38,743 nucleotides of DNA from an uncultured Nitrososphaeraceae archaeon. GTDB taxonomy: Archaea > Thermoproteota > Nitrososphaeria > Nitrososphaerales > Nitrososphaeraceae. The DNA is taken from the NCBI GenBank assembly GCA_963837175.1, contig CAWIMJ010000048.1:1-38743 (forward strand), read 5' to 3'. Of the stretch, positions 8,841-18,590 are shown piece by piece. The notes under the pieces were generated by a model. It did no database searches. It was not told the DNA's origin and worked only from the letters and a program-made list of their open reading frames with translations. The translations under genes were made by a program, and so were the position numbers. How positions within the stretch are numbered: the stretch's first letter is position 1; each line of letters opens with the position of its first letter.

Positions 8841-9902
8841 TCACAGTAGTTGTTGTTTTCGTACGATTATGTGTTTCTCTCCTCCATCATGGTTTTTTTC
8901 AAATTCTATTTTGAAATTATACAAGTTAAGAAATTCAACTATTGGTCTATAAAGGTTAGTACCATCGCTAAGATTATGAACTTCAATAAGAAGTGCAATA
9001 TCTTTAGACTTAGAAAGTATATTAGTAGCTCCTTTTAGCACTTCAAATTCAGCTCCCTCTACATCTATTTTAATCCAGTTGACTTCTTCTTGGTTTATTC
9101 CTTTTGACTGCAATAGGTAATCAAGAGTATTAGCATTTACTTCTACAAACTTATCCTCGTTTTGTGCTCTATCCAATATTACAGTATTGTAAATAGTATG
9201 ACCTGATTCTTCACCTGGCGTATACAGTTTTAGTTTTGTTTCTTTAGAATAGACAGCGTGGTTTAGACTTACAATGTTAGCCAATTGATTCAGTCTGATA
9301 TTACGATTTAACAGTTCAAAATTGCCAGGATTAGCTTCAATAGAAATTACTTTTCCATTTATACCAACTCGCTTTGAGCTTATTATTGTATACCGGCCTA
9401 TATTCGCACCAATATCTACAACTATATCTCCTTGTTTGGGAGTAAAATGTTCTATTATTTCATCTTCACGGATTGTCATATTTATAAACTCATTTCTGTT
9501 AATTGGACAATAGGCCTTGTAACCACCATATTTTGGTACATTAAGTTTTAATAGAAAGGGATTAGCAAGCCTTAGAAATTTGATAATAGAATATAAGAAT
9601 TTAACCATGTAAAATGATATGGTAGCATCAAATTCGTAATTAAAAACAAGAGCCTTTCTAGCAAATACTCTATCTCTTCTTTTCTTCCCTAATGCTATTC
9701 TAAGTGAAATTCTTAAAGTCACATAAGAAATCAAATAAATAATTTTAACTAATAATACAATTACTCTATCTAAGATAGGAACCACTCTTATTAGTTCTTG
9801 TTTTGTCAACCAAAGAGTAAGTTTGCCCGCCATCATGTATGATTTACTTTCAATAGTGTCATATACAAACTTTAAATAGTTTTTACATATGCCTTGCCTC
9901 AT
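8841..9902 (-). CDS. FkbM family SAM-dependent methyltransferase
   Basis: VVDIGANIGRYT, ISIEANPGNF, NTLDYL and IKIDVEGAEFEVLKG motifs. The true start may be downstream (MMAGK). Confidence 0.92.
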   Translation of the reverse strand: MRQGICKNYLKFVYDTIESKSYMMAGKLTLWLTKQELIRVVPILDRVIVLLVKIIYLISYVTLRISLRIALGKKRRDRVFARKALVFNYEFDATISFYMVKFLYSIIKFLRLANPFLLKLNVPKYGGYKAYCPINRNEFINMTIREDEIIEHFTPKQGDIVVDIGANIGRYTIISSKRVGINGKVISIEANPGNFELLNRNIRLNQLANIVSLNHAVYSKETKLKLYTPGEESGHTIYNTVILDRAQNEDKFVEVNANTLDYLLQSKGINQEEVNWIKIDVEGAEFEVLKGATNILSKSKDIALLIEVHNLSDGTNLYRPIVEFLNLYNFKIEFEKNHDGGEKHIIVRKQQLL

Positions 9903-10118
9903 TATCTATTGAAATTATATAGAAGACCAAATTTTAACTACTAAACCACAAAGTATTATCTGCTGTTATAAACAGATATTGTTTGTAAATAAATATCTAA
10001 TTGCTAAGAATGGTTTTATTATTATAAGATTGTTCTATAACTCTCCAGAAGTAATATTTTGCAACTTTGATCTATGTGTATTTCATCAATTATAAATTCA
10101 GAAATCATTATCCTCCTA

Positions 10119-10484
10119 TCATCCATTCATAAATCCAAGAGTAAATCCGGCTGACATACTATCTGTGAGGGGAATACCAAAATTTGTCATTGCTAATGAG
10201 GCTGATGCAACAGGATGGTCATAGCCACTGCCGCTGCTAATAGCTGGAATCTGCATAGCTGCATTTGAAAATGTTGTAATAGCACCTTCTAATATCTGCT
10301 GAAGTTTATTCCAGTTTATGTTAGCTATTTGATGATATTGTAAATAAGCTAATCCAGCTAGAAATAATCCGAATATTACAGCTACTAATTTGATTACTTT
10401 CTTCAAAGCATAACCAATTAAGACACCTACAAAGAAGCCACCTCTAATAGTAGATGCAGTAGAACTGAAATTATCGTAACTCAA
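10119..10484 (-). CDS. FUN14 family membrane protein
   Basis: GGFFVGVLIGYALKKVIKLVAVIFGLFLAGLAYLQYHQIANINWNKL and C-terminal GFTLGF are FUN14 hallmarks. Confidence 0.85.
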   Translation of the reverse strand: MSYDNFSSTASTIRGGFFVGVLIGYALKKVIKLVAVIFGLFLAGLAYLQYHQIANINWNKLQQILEGAITTFSNAAMQIPAISSGSGYDHPVASASLAMTNFGIPLTDSMSAGFTLGFMNG

Positions 10485-10530
10485 TTTATAGAACTACTAC
10501 TTGTATTTGCTTCTGAACTGATCATGTAAA

Positions 10531-10596
10531 TATCTATTAGATATTGATAGGATATCCAGATATGTAAATATATCTAAAAGATATCCCATAGATATG
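10531..10596. promoter_or_regulatory. Divergent FUN14/AbrB promoter with repeated GATAT/ATATC boxes
   Basis: Inverted repeat TATCTA-T-TAGATA (10531-10543), GATATCC twice and several further GATAT units within ~65 bp between the two starts. Confidence 0.35.
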
Positions 10597-10744
10597 GAAA
10601 TTAGATTAAAACTACGCAAGATTGGCAGGCAGCTATATGATTGCAATACCTTCTCAGGTTGTAAAGGATTTAAAATTAAAGGTTGGTGATTATATGTTAT
10701 TAGACATTAAAGACTCTACTATTATAGTTAGGAAAGAAGGCTAA
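10594..10744 (+). pseudogene. AbrB/MazE/SpoVT-family DNA-binding protein, frameshifted
   Basis: MEIRLKLRKI, then a shift at GGCAGGCAGC (~10624-10632) gives GSYMIAIPSQVVKDLKLKVGDYMLLDIKDSTIIVRKEG*. This is a classic AbrB swapped-hairpin signature. Not in the ORF track. Confidence 0.8.
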
Positions 10745-10951
10745 TAGTGGATGAATCAGCTATAATAAGAGGTCAAAGAATATCAGATCCAATATAACAA
10801 AATGTTCGAGCTGATTCTTTTGATAGAATGTAATCCATGGCATAGCAGAATATTTGTATTTGTATGATATTAGGAAATATACAAAACCTGGGGTAGAGAA
10901 AGGATGTAATCAATAAATTGTTTGCTGCAATACTATAATCACTGATAGTAT

Positions 10952-12376
10952 ATGAGCAGAAGTATTATCATATCATGGGATGAAGCAGTTGACAAGAAAG
11001 TGAAATCAAGTGATGATAAAGATTTAGGAAAAGTTCAGAGTGTAACTAAAGATTATGTTCAAACAAAGGAAGGTACCATATCAAAGAAAAGTTACTTTAT
11101 TCCAAAATATTATGTTCAAGGATATGATGGTGATAATATTTGGGTATCACTTAGAAAAGATGACGTAAAAGAAAGATTTGAAAAGGAAAGCCCACCTAAA
11201 GATGTATCCGAGTTTGAAACTCCAGATTATACACAAAGAAGAGAATCCATCAAAAAACAATATCCAGAGTTTGATAATAATATTCCAAGATATACTCCAA
11301 TACCAGGAGTATCATTAGCAAGTGGTGCTACTACTTCTGTCGCTACTCCCTCTACAACTATGGTAAACGTACCATGGGAGAAGGTCAAAGGTAAGAAAGC
11401 AAAGTCAAATGATAACAAAGATTTGGGTAAGGTAGAAGATATAGCTCCCCATTATATTGAAGCCAAAGAAGGTCTAATAGGAAAAAAGAGTTACTTTATT
11501 CCAAAATATTATGTTGATTACTTTGATGGAGATAATTTGCATATTTCGCTTACAAAAGACGAGATTAAAAGTAAATGTGAAAGAGATAGTCCACCATCTG
11601 AGGTAGAGATCCAAACTCAAGAATATTTAGAGCAAAAGAACAAAATAGAATCTGGACAAGCACAATCTTTACATGGAGTACCCTTTATGGCAAGAGAATC
11701 AGGAGTTACTGGTCAAAGCGATATTACAGGCAGCGAACTCAAGATTGAGTGGGCAGAAGTAATTCATAAACATGTAAGAGCAGCTGATGATGTAGATATT
11801 GGAGATGTGGAAAGAGTAGGAAATGATTTTATTGTAGCCAGACAAGGTGTTGCAAAAGTGCATCTATATTATATTCCTAAAGTTTGCATTAGCAACTATG
11901 ATGGCAGTTACTTATATCTTAATGTACCAAGTGATTTAGTACGATCAAGGTTTGAAAGAGAAACAGAGCCAACAACAGAGGAGATACTAGCACTTGCTAA
12001 AGAAGCTGGACAACAAAAAGAAATAGGTACTTCTAAAGAAGAAGATAAACCAATGAGTCGTAATTCCGAAGATACAAGTAAATATGAGGAAGGCAGAGCT
12101 GGAACAGAGGTTGGAAGAAAAGAAGACCCATTAACGTCATACAGGGAGAAAGAACCGATGACGCCTGCAAAAATAAAAGAACATGAACCTACAGCAGTAA
12201 AAAGAGAAATGACCGAGAAAATTATAGAAAAAGGACAGCAAGATGGAACAAATTCTGATGAAGCAAGAGAAAAAGCAAGAAAAAGCGGCATGACTAAAGG
12301 TACTGCAGGTGCTGATGAGACTGGCAGTAAATCCCAACAAGGTGCTGCTGGAACTAATAATAATAACAACCAATAA
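10952..12376 (+). CDS. Protein with three PRC-barrel-like (DUF2171-like) repeats and a charged C-terminal tail
   Basis: Three units W...V..K.V.(S/A).D..D(L/I)G.V..V...(Y/F)....(E/Q)G......Y(F/Y)IPK......(Y/F)DG. Units 1 and 2 share AGTTACTTTATTCCAAAATATTATGTT at DNA level. Confidence 0.7.
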   Translation: MSRSIIISWDEAVDKKVKSSDDKDLGKVQSVTKDYVQTKEGTISKKSYFIPKYYVQGYDGDNIWVSLRKDDVKERFEKESPPKDVSEFETPDYTQRRESIKKQYPEFDNNIPRYTPIPGVSLASGATTSVATPSTTMVNVPWEKVKGKKAKSNDNKDLGKVEDIAPHYIEAKEGLIGKKSYFIPKYYVDYFDGDNLHISLTKDEIKSKCERDSPPSEVEIQTQEYLEQKNKIESGQAQSLHGVPFMARESGVTGQSDITGSELKIEWAEVIHKHVRAADDVDIGDVERVGNDFIVARQGVAKVHLYYIPKVCISNYDGSYLYLNVPSDLVRSRFERETEPTTEEILALAKEAGQQKEIGTSKEEDKPMSRNSEDTSKYEEGRAGTEVGRKEDPLTSYREKEPMTPAKIKEHEPTAVKREMTEKIIEKGQQDGTNSDEAREKARKSGMTKGTAGADETGSKSQQGAAGTNNNNNQ

Positions 12377-13237
12377 TGTTATAGTCTATAATAAAACCAG
12401 AAGGATAACTGTTCAAAGATTCAAGGCATTTGCTATGAGAATCTGATGTGTATTTGCGTCACTCTTCATTAATGTGATGAATAGATGGATCTATAGCTTC
12501 TTTTCACCACTTTTTGAATTGCAGATTTCAAAAGGAACGCTCTTTTCCTCTGGGAAATCCGCTTTTCTTATCCTCGACCAACTTTACTTAATATCTAGCT
12601 AACGTTCACAAATATGAATATCCTGTCTAATTAATAATAACTTCTGATAGCATATTTCGTGTATATTGGATATTCTATATCTATTTGCCTACCTAACGCT
12701 TTGACAATTTGTGTTTGTAGCATGTAATAATCTATTTCTTGTCTACAAAAGACATATCTTTTGGGGTAGACTTTTCTATCTAATATTAAATAGCAACTAT
12801 TCTTCACTTTCTAATTCTAATCTTAATTACTCCTCTTCATACCAATCAATTATCATTTTTTTGAGCAGAGGTGGAGGTCCTGTAAAATCTATGCTATATG
12901 CTTTCTTTGCGTATTCACGAAACTTAAGTCCATAATTACCTCTACAATGAATAAAGAAGGCCATCAGTAAGATATACAAAAATACTTCCATGGGAGCAGT
13001 AAATAAGACTAAATTAATAGTACGTGAGCAAGATCACTTATTATTGCGCTGGCTTGATGAAATCTTGAAAATGCATAAAGCTAATAATAAGTTCTCTAAT
13101 GATATAAACCAAGCAAAAAAGTAAAGCATTTGCTATACAAAATCATATTTTCAAAATTCAAAACTTAGATGGTCTTGTTTGTCATTCATACTACAAGGGA
13201 GCGAAAAATTGTTAGGGTGTATATGAATAGTTATTTG

Positions 13238-14489
13238 TTAAAAGTCATAATGTAGGGTCTCACAATATGCCAATTTTTCCATGGTCTTTCTTTCACCTTG
13301 TGATATTAGCTCTTTAATTGTTTTAGGAGAAAAATCTGCATTTTGGAGAATAGTAGGTGATTCTATATCACTTCTAATTATTCTTGTAACAGACTTTATC
13401 TCTGCACCATAATTCTCTATAAGTGTATTGTATTCACTCTTTATCATTTTTATTTCTTCAGGATCAAGCTTTGACTGATCAACTAATTTCTCAAAAACTT
13501 CATAAAGTCTTTCTATAAGCTGGATATGCCTTGTAATCAACCTTGACATTTTGATATTATCCATATTCTTATCACAAAATATTATATCTTTAGCTCTGCT
13601 TTCGACTTCTGCCATATTGGAAGGAAGAGTATGTGTATTTCGAGTATAGTTCTCTACAATAAAGATATTTTTGTCATCTCGTGGCGATACAGAAAGTACT
13701 TCTCTTACAGGAGTATTACTAAGCAGACTACCGTCCCATGCATACACAGAATCTTCAACTTCAACCCATGGGAATCCATAGATAGGATAACCAGAACTTG
13801 CTAGAATATGTTTTGATTTAATTTCCATCTTTGTATTATCAAATACCAATGGTTTTGAAGTCATGACATCTACAGCAGTTATTATAAGGCGAAGAACTTC
13901 TGGTAATTCTTCTTGTCTTGCAGCAAGGTTAAGCTTTTTGTAATCTATATATTTATCAAGTGTCTTTGCAAGTGGAGAATGGTCATATAGGTAAGTCCAG
14001 CTTCCTGGATCAAAGAGATATTGTGGTTGTTGTTGCATTATTCCTTGTTCAGCTTCATCTTTTGATAACATATTCTTATTCCAATTCCACGATTTCCATC
14101 TTGGAACAAACATTTTGGGAACACCAAATATTGCAGCGTTAGCTGAAGCAGAAGATATTTTCTTAACTATATATCTTCTAGGCAGCAGTATCATATTCAA
14201 ACATGAAAGTATCAGGTATAATCATAGGGCTACTTTCTGCAATTTCTATCCAAAACTCTTCAAGATCTTTCTCAGGATGATCACTTTTACTTCCAACGAT
14301 TATGGCTGCATTTACAGCTCCAATAGACGTACCAGCAGCTATATCTATTCTTATGTTCTTTTTTACTAATGCTTTAAATACACCACATGCAAATGCTCCA
14401 AGAGAACCTCCTCCTTGTAATACAAGAACATTCTCCGTTTTCCTTGATTCTTTATGCCTCGGCTGACTTTCTTTAGCTCTATAACTCAT
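13238..14489 (-). pseudogene. Patatin-like phospholipase/esterase with DUF3734-like tail, split by one frameshift
   Basis: ORF 14178-14489 has LQGGGSLGAF and nucleophile GTSIG; ORF 13238-14200 has WDGSLLSNTP. One extra base at ~14180 (GCC-T-AGA) separates them, so an assembly error is possible. Confidence 0.85.
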
Positions 14490-15077
14490 GAACGTTTAAT
14501 ATGCTACTCTAAATTTACACGTTTCATATTGGTTAGAAAAGAGCGGGGTTGTGGTTGACTAATTCACTGGTAACATACGTTTGTTATCTATAGCATTTTA
14601 CCAATCCATCTCCTTATGGTAAGCAAATTAGTTTCTATGGATAATATTATTTTATTTAATGGAAAACTATAAAGCTTAGCCTGTCTCTGCTATATTAGAA
14701 ACTTACTTTTAGCACCGATATCGACATGGATTCCACCGAACCTGTTTCACTAGTGTATCGTTTTATAGAGACTATAGGATACTGTAACGGTATATTCTAA
14801 CCAGCAATTCTTATAGCTATACCATTATTATTTTGGTACCATGTCAGGAAGCAAGTCATCATGGCATGATTAAAACGAATCATTAGTTGAACGTAATAGT
14901 GTTCTGATTGACATAAATTTTCTTAAATCATTAAATAACAAAATCAAAAATATGAATGAATGTAAAGTGGGAGCACCATTTTAGTATAGTGATAGTTACA
15001 TCCAGTTCCTTGTATTCTTGACAATGCTTTAGACCTTATAGAAAAATGTATGACTAAGTGTTGCTTACTTATTTCCT

Positions 15078-16715
15078 ATGGTTGAAAGAGAAGGACAATT
15101 ACACGAAGAAGAAAATATTTCAGCATCCGGTTTGAGTCCTTTTAAATCTAGTCTGTATAGGACGTTGTGGATTGCTGCCCTCTTTTCATATATTGGTGCA
15201 GCTATGTATGATGTCGGGGCGTCGTGGTTAATGACTTCACTTGCTCCAAATCCTTTATTCGTTTCTCTTATCACAACAGCGACTACTCTACCAATTTTTC
15301 TCTTTGCATTACCATCTGGGACATTATCTGATATTTTTGACCGGCGTAGTATACTCCTTATTACTTGTGCATACATGTTTACGATATCTACGATACTGGG
15401 AATGCTCACTCTTGTTGGTGTGACTACCCCAACGGTATTGTTGATACTTACTTTTGCGCTAGGAGCAGGAACGACTATGATTAGGACTCCCATTATTCCT
15501 ACCATGAGTGGACTAGTATCAAGATCAGAACTACCTGCTGCTCTCACCCTTAGTGCTGTTGCTGGTAACATAGGTCGTGTCGTTGGCCTCGCCGCTGGTG
15601 GTTTTATTGTAGCAGCAATTGCACCTTGGGCTGTATTTTTTCTTAATTCAGCTTCATTTATTGGTATGATTGTAGTCCTAAGTAAATTACCAAGAAAGTC
15701 TCATGTCCACCAACAAAGCTCTCTGCCCCCGGAGAATATAATTCGAGCTATTCGAGCTCAGATACGTTATGTACGCTATTCTCAAGCAGCACATGTATTA
15801 ATTATCCGTGCAGGTTTGTTCACATTATGTAGTAGTGCATTATTATCTCTCTTGCCACTCTTAGCTAAACATGAATTAAGACTTGATTCCACAGGTTTTG
15901 GACTGCTATTAGGATCTTTTGGTACGGGTGCAATAATTGGTGGAATTGTAATTTTGCCAAAATTGCGACCTAAGATTTCAGTAGAATCTCTTATTACAGG
16001 TTCCATAGGTTTACTTGCAACGGTAATATTCACAATGGGATATCTACGAGATTTTGCTATTCTTTGTATAGTCATGGGGCTAGGAGGAGTAGCTTACATC
16101 ACGATATTATCAAAATTTTATACCATTGGAATGAAATCTGCGCCAAAGTGGATTGGAGCCAGAGTATTAGCAGTTTATCTGCTTATACTAAATGGTGGCT
16201 TGGCAGTTGGAAGTGTAATATGGGGTACAATAGCTAACACATTTGGCATCCCAATCACGCTGTCAGTAGCTTCGTTATCCTTAGGTGCAACTATTATTGC
16301 TAGGAAGCGTTACAGCACTACTTTGTTGGATGACCTCGATTTTACACCAGCAAGTGACCACTGGTCGCTTCCTCCTGAGCTCTCAGTTAATCCTCCACAA
16401 AGTGACAGTCAAGCCCTAATAACAATCGACTATAAGATTGATCCTAAATTATCTGATGAGTTCGAGCAGAGTGTCCGTGAGTTAGGACGTATTCTTAAGA
16501 GCGAGGGAATGGCCTATTGGGAATTATTCCAAGACACAGCAGATATTGGTCACTATATCGAAATTAGAATTGCTGATACCTGGACTGACCACATGCGTCA
16601 GCATGAACGCGTTACCAAGAACGTTCAGGTTATGGAAGATAGAATCCGAGTACTTCTCAAAGATGGTCCGCAACCAATAGTCTCGCATTATATAGGAAAA
16701 TCTGCTCCCAAATAG
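15078..16715 (+). CDS. MFS transporter (MFS_3 / DUF894 type) with C-terminal soluble domain
   Basis: About 12 hydrophobic helices, motif A-like GTLSDIFDRRSIL, tail WELFQD...YIE....TWTDHMRQHERVT. Confidence 0.9.
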   Translation: MVEREGQLHEEENISASGLSPFKSSLYRTLWIAALFSYIGAAMYDVGASWLMTSLAPNPLFVSLITTATTLPIFLFALPSGTLSDIFDRRSILLITCAYMFTISTILGMLTLVGVTTPTVLLILTFALGAGTTMIRTPIIPTMSGLVSRSELPAALTLSAVAGNIGRVVGLAAGGFIVAAIAPWAVFFLNSASFIGMIVVLSKLPRKSHVHQQSSLPPENIIRAIRAQIRYVRYSQAAHVLIIRAGLFTLCSSALLSLLPLLAKHELRLDSTGFGLLLGSFGTGAIIGGIVILPKLRPKISVESLITGSIGLLATVIFTMGYLRDFAILCIVMGLGGVAYITILSKFYTIGMKSAPKWIGARVLAVYLLILNGGLAVGSVIWGTIANTFGIPITLSVASLSLGATIIARKRYSTTLLDDLDFTPASDHWSLPPELSVNPPQSDSQALITIDYKIDPKLSDEFEQSVRELGRILKSEGMAYWELFQDTADIGHYIEIRIADTWTDHMRQHERVTKNVQVMEDRIRVLLKDGPQPIVSHYIGKSAPK

Positions 16716-16959
16716 TTCACCAGCCTATATAGTCCCCTTTTTCTTTTATTGCAATTATTTGAGTCCTGTATTATTTTCAGACCTACCATAATTTCATTGT
16801 CCGTAATTACAGCTGTGACACTCATATTGCTCTATTTTGCTTATATAAGTCATAGTTGATAATCCTGGTGACGTTAAAGATAACTCAAATACAGATATTA
16901 AATAATTAATAACATAATGTGGTAATATCATGTATATTACAATGTGATAGTGTCTCAAT

Positions 16960-17535
16960 TCAGTAAACGATCTTCTTTAGATCCAAAGTCACCATGCGTA
17001 TACGTTTCGGATCGGCTCTAAATTGATCTAAGCATTGAGATGAATATTCTTCAGGAGCACCCTCTCTAACGGTTACTATCTGAAAACCGATAGATTGAAA
17101 GGTATACATGAGCCATTCAACCCACCTATTATATACTTGATCTGATACCTCTTGCAAAAGATCATCCGTTATTTCAGTAACTAGTTCCAACACACCATAA
17201 TTTTTCAATTTTTTATATACAATTTCGTATAGGAATTTCCAGTCGTATTGTTTGAGCTGATCAATATATTTAGGATCTGGCAATACAGAAATAACACGAT
17301 AAAGCGAGTTATCTGGAAAAGTAGGAAGAATATTCTCGAATGAACCATTTAATAATTTAACATTGGCGTGTTTAATTTGTGACATGGCTTTTTCATATCG
17401 ACATTTATCTAATTCGATCCCTATATAGAAAGAATTCTTATCGCGATCATTCTCAGACATAGTCTTCAAAAGGAGTCCATCACCCATACCCAATTCAACA
17501 ATAACTTTTGAAGAATTTACCATATCTTGATGCAA
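16960..17535 (-). CDS. Class I SAM-dependent methyltransferase (TrmB-like fold)
   Basis: IVELGMGDG, YIGIELD, ISVLPDP motifs. Confidence 0.75.
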   Translation of the reverse strand: MHQDMVNSSKVIVELGMGDGLLLKTMSENDRDKNSFYIGIELDKCRYEKAMSQIKHANVKLLNGSFENILPTFPDNSLYRVISVLPDPKYIDQLKQYDWKFLYEIVYKKLKNYGVLELVTEITDDLLQEVSDQVYNRWVEWLMYTFQSIGFQIVTVREGAPEEYSSQCLDQFRADPKRIRMVTLDLKKIVY

Positions 17536-17566
17536 TTTGATAAAAACTGGGAAAAATAAAAGGATA

Positions 17567-18166
17567 TCAGGCTTTTAGTAAGTCTGCTTCAAGAAGCTGT
17601 TGAACTAGCTGTACAACCTCTTGTTCAACTTGTTGTCTTGGCATATTAAGCTTGGTAGAAAAATGGTCCGTTAGTTGGTTAATTGTTCTTGTACCATCGC
17701 ATGAATCCCAGAAGCTAACAATCGAGTCATTTACCATAAACCCCTGACCTTTGCTATTTGTAAGAATTAATGAGCCATCTTCCTGCTTAATAAACTTACC
17801 TTCTCTTAGGGGTTGAGATTTTTCATAATCTATTTGGAATCGAAGCTTTGGTTTACTAAATCCCAATTTTTCCCGTGCAACAGGATCCATCTTTTCGATA
17901 CTCCACGGAGGATCCCAGACAATCTCTACATTGATATTGCCAATTCCATTAATCTTGCTAACATATCTCTTTACATCGCTTACAAGAGTATCATGAAGTG
18001 GACAACCGCGCGTTGTCATCGTCATTTTAATATCAACATTATTTTTGGGGTTAACGTATACACCATACACAAGTCCAAGATCTACTACATTTACAGGAAT
18101 CTCTGGATCCATACATTTCCTTAGTGCCGAATATACCTGATCTTCAGTCACCGCTTGCGCAGACAT
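17567..18166 (-). CDS. DUF59 (SufT/PaaD/MIP18-like Fe-S assembly) domain fused to a PqqD/RRE domain
   Basis: DPEIPVNVVDLGLVY, MTTRGCPL and VWDPPWS (DUF59); C-terminal VNDSIVSFWDSCDGTRTINQL...VVQLVQQLLEADLL (PqqD). Confidence 0.85.
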   Translation of the reverse strand: MSAQAVTEDQVYSALRKCMDPEIPVNVVDLGLVYGVYVNPKNNVDIKMTMTTRGCPLHDTLVSDVKRYVSKINGIGNINVEIVWDPPWSIEKMDPVAREKLGFSKPKLRFQIDYEKSQPLREGKFIKQEDGSLILTNSKGQGFMVNDSIVSFWDSCDGTRTINQLTDHFSTKLNMPRQQVEQEVVQLVQQLLEADLLKA

Positions 18167-18590
18167 ACATTTAACTAAATATATTGACTTGATAAATACT
18201 TTATCAGCAGCTTTTTATTACTATGCCAAATAGAAATATGTGTCATGATAGTATAAAAATACAATATATACATACATTGATTAATTTTCTTTTTCATATC
18301 TTTCTACTTCAAGTTCTATAAAATCGATAAACTCAAAACATATTTTTGTTGGATATTAAATTTGTCATGGGATATATGCCCACAGTATTTTTATATTTTT
18401 TATTTTGAGTTGATTATATATGTGTATTACTTTGCTTTACAATATTACGGACGGCTTTTCCAGTTGTATAGTAGATGAAAAAATCGTGCTAACATTATAC
18501 TATAATGAGTAAAATAATAATAATAATAATAATAGTTATCGTGGTAATAATGCTCTATTCTCTATCCTAGTCTCCTATTTTTACTCATAT

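Noticed and set aside
11227-12373. Minus-strand ORFs within the PRC-barrel gene
   Set aside because: Antisense shadows of a well-supported + strand CDS.
12440-12991. Protein-like minus-strand fragments, including a 54-aa ORF at 12827-12991 (..GLKFREYAKKAYSIDFTGPPPLLKKMIIDWYEEE)
   Set aside because: Probably a decayed gene, but I cannot assign a family or boundaries.
15065-16075. Minus-strand ORFs 15065-15571 and 15782-16075
   Set aside because: Antisense to the MFS transporter.
18512-18533. (AAT)7 microsatellite downstream of glyS
   Set aside because: Intergenic simple repeat in AT-rich DNA with no evident function; counted only as slippage evidence.
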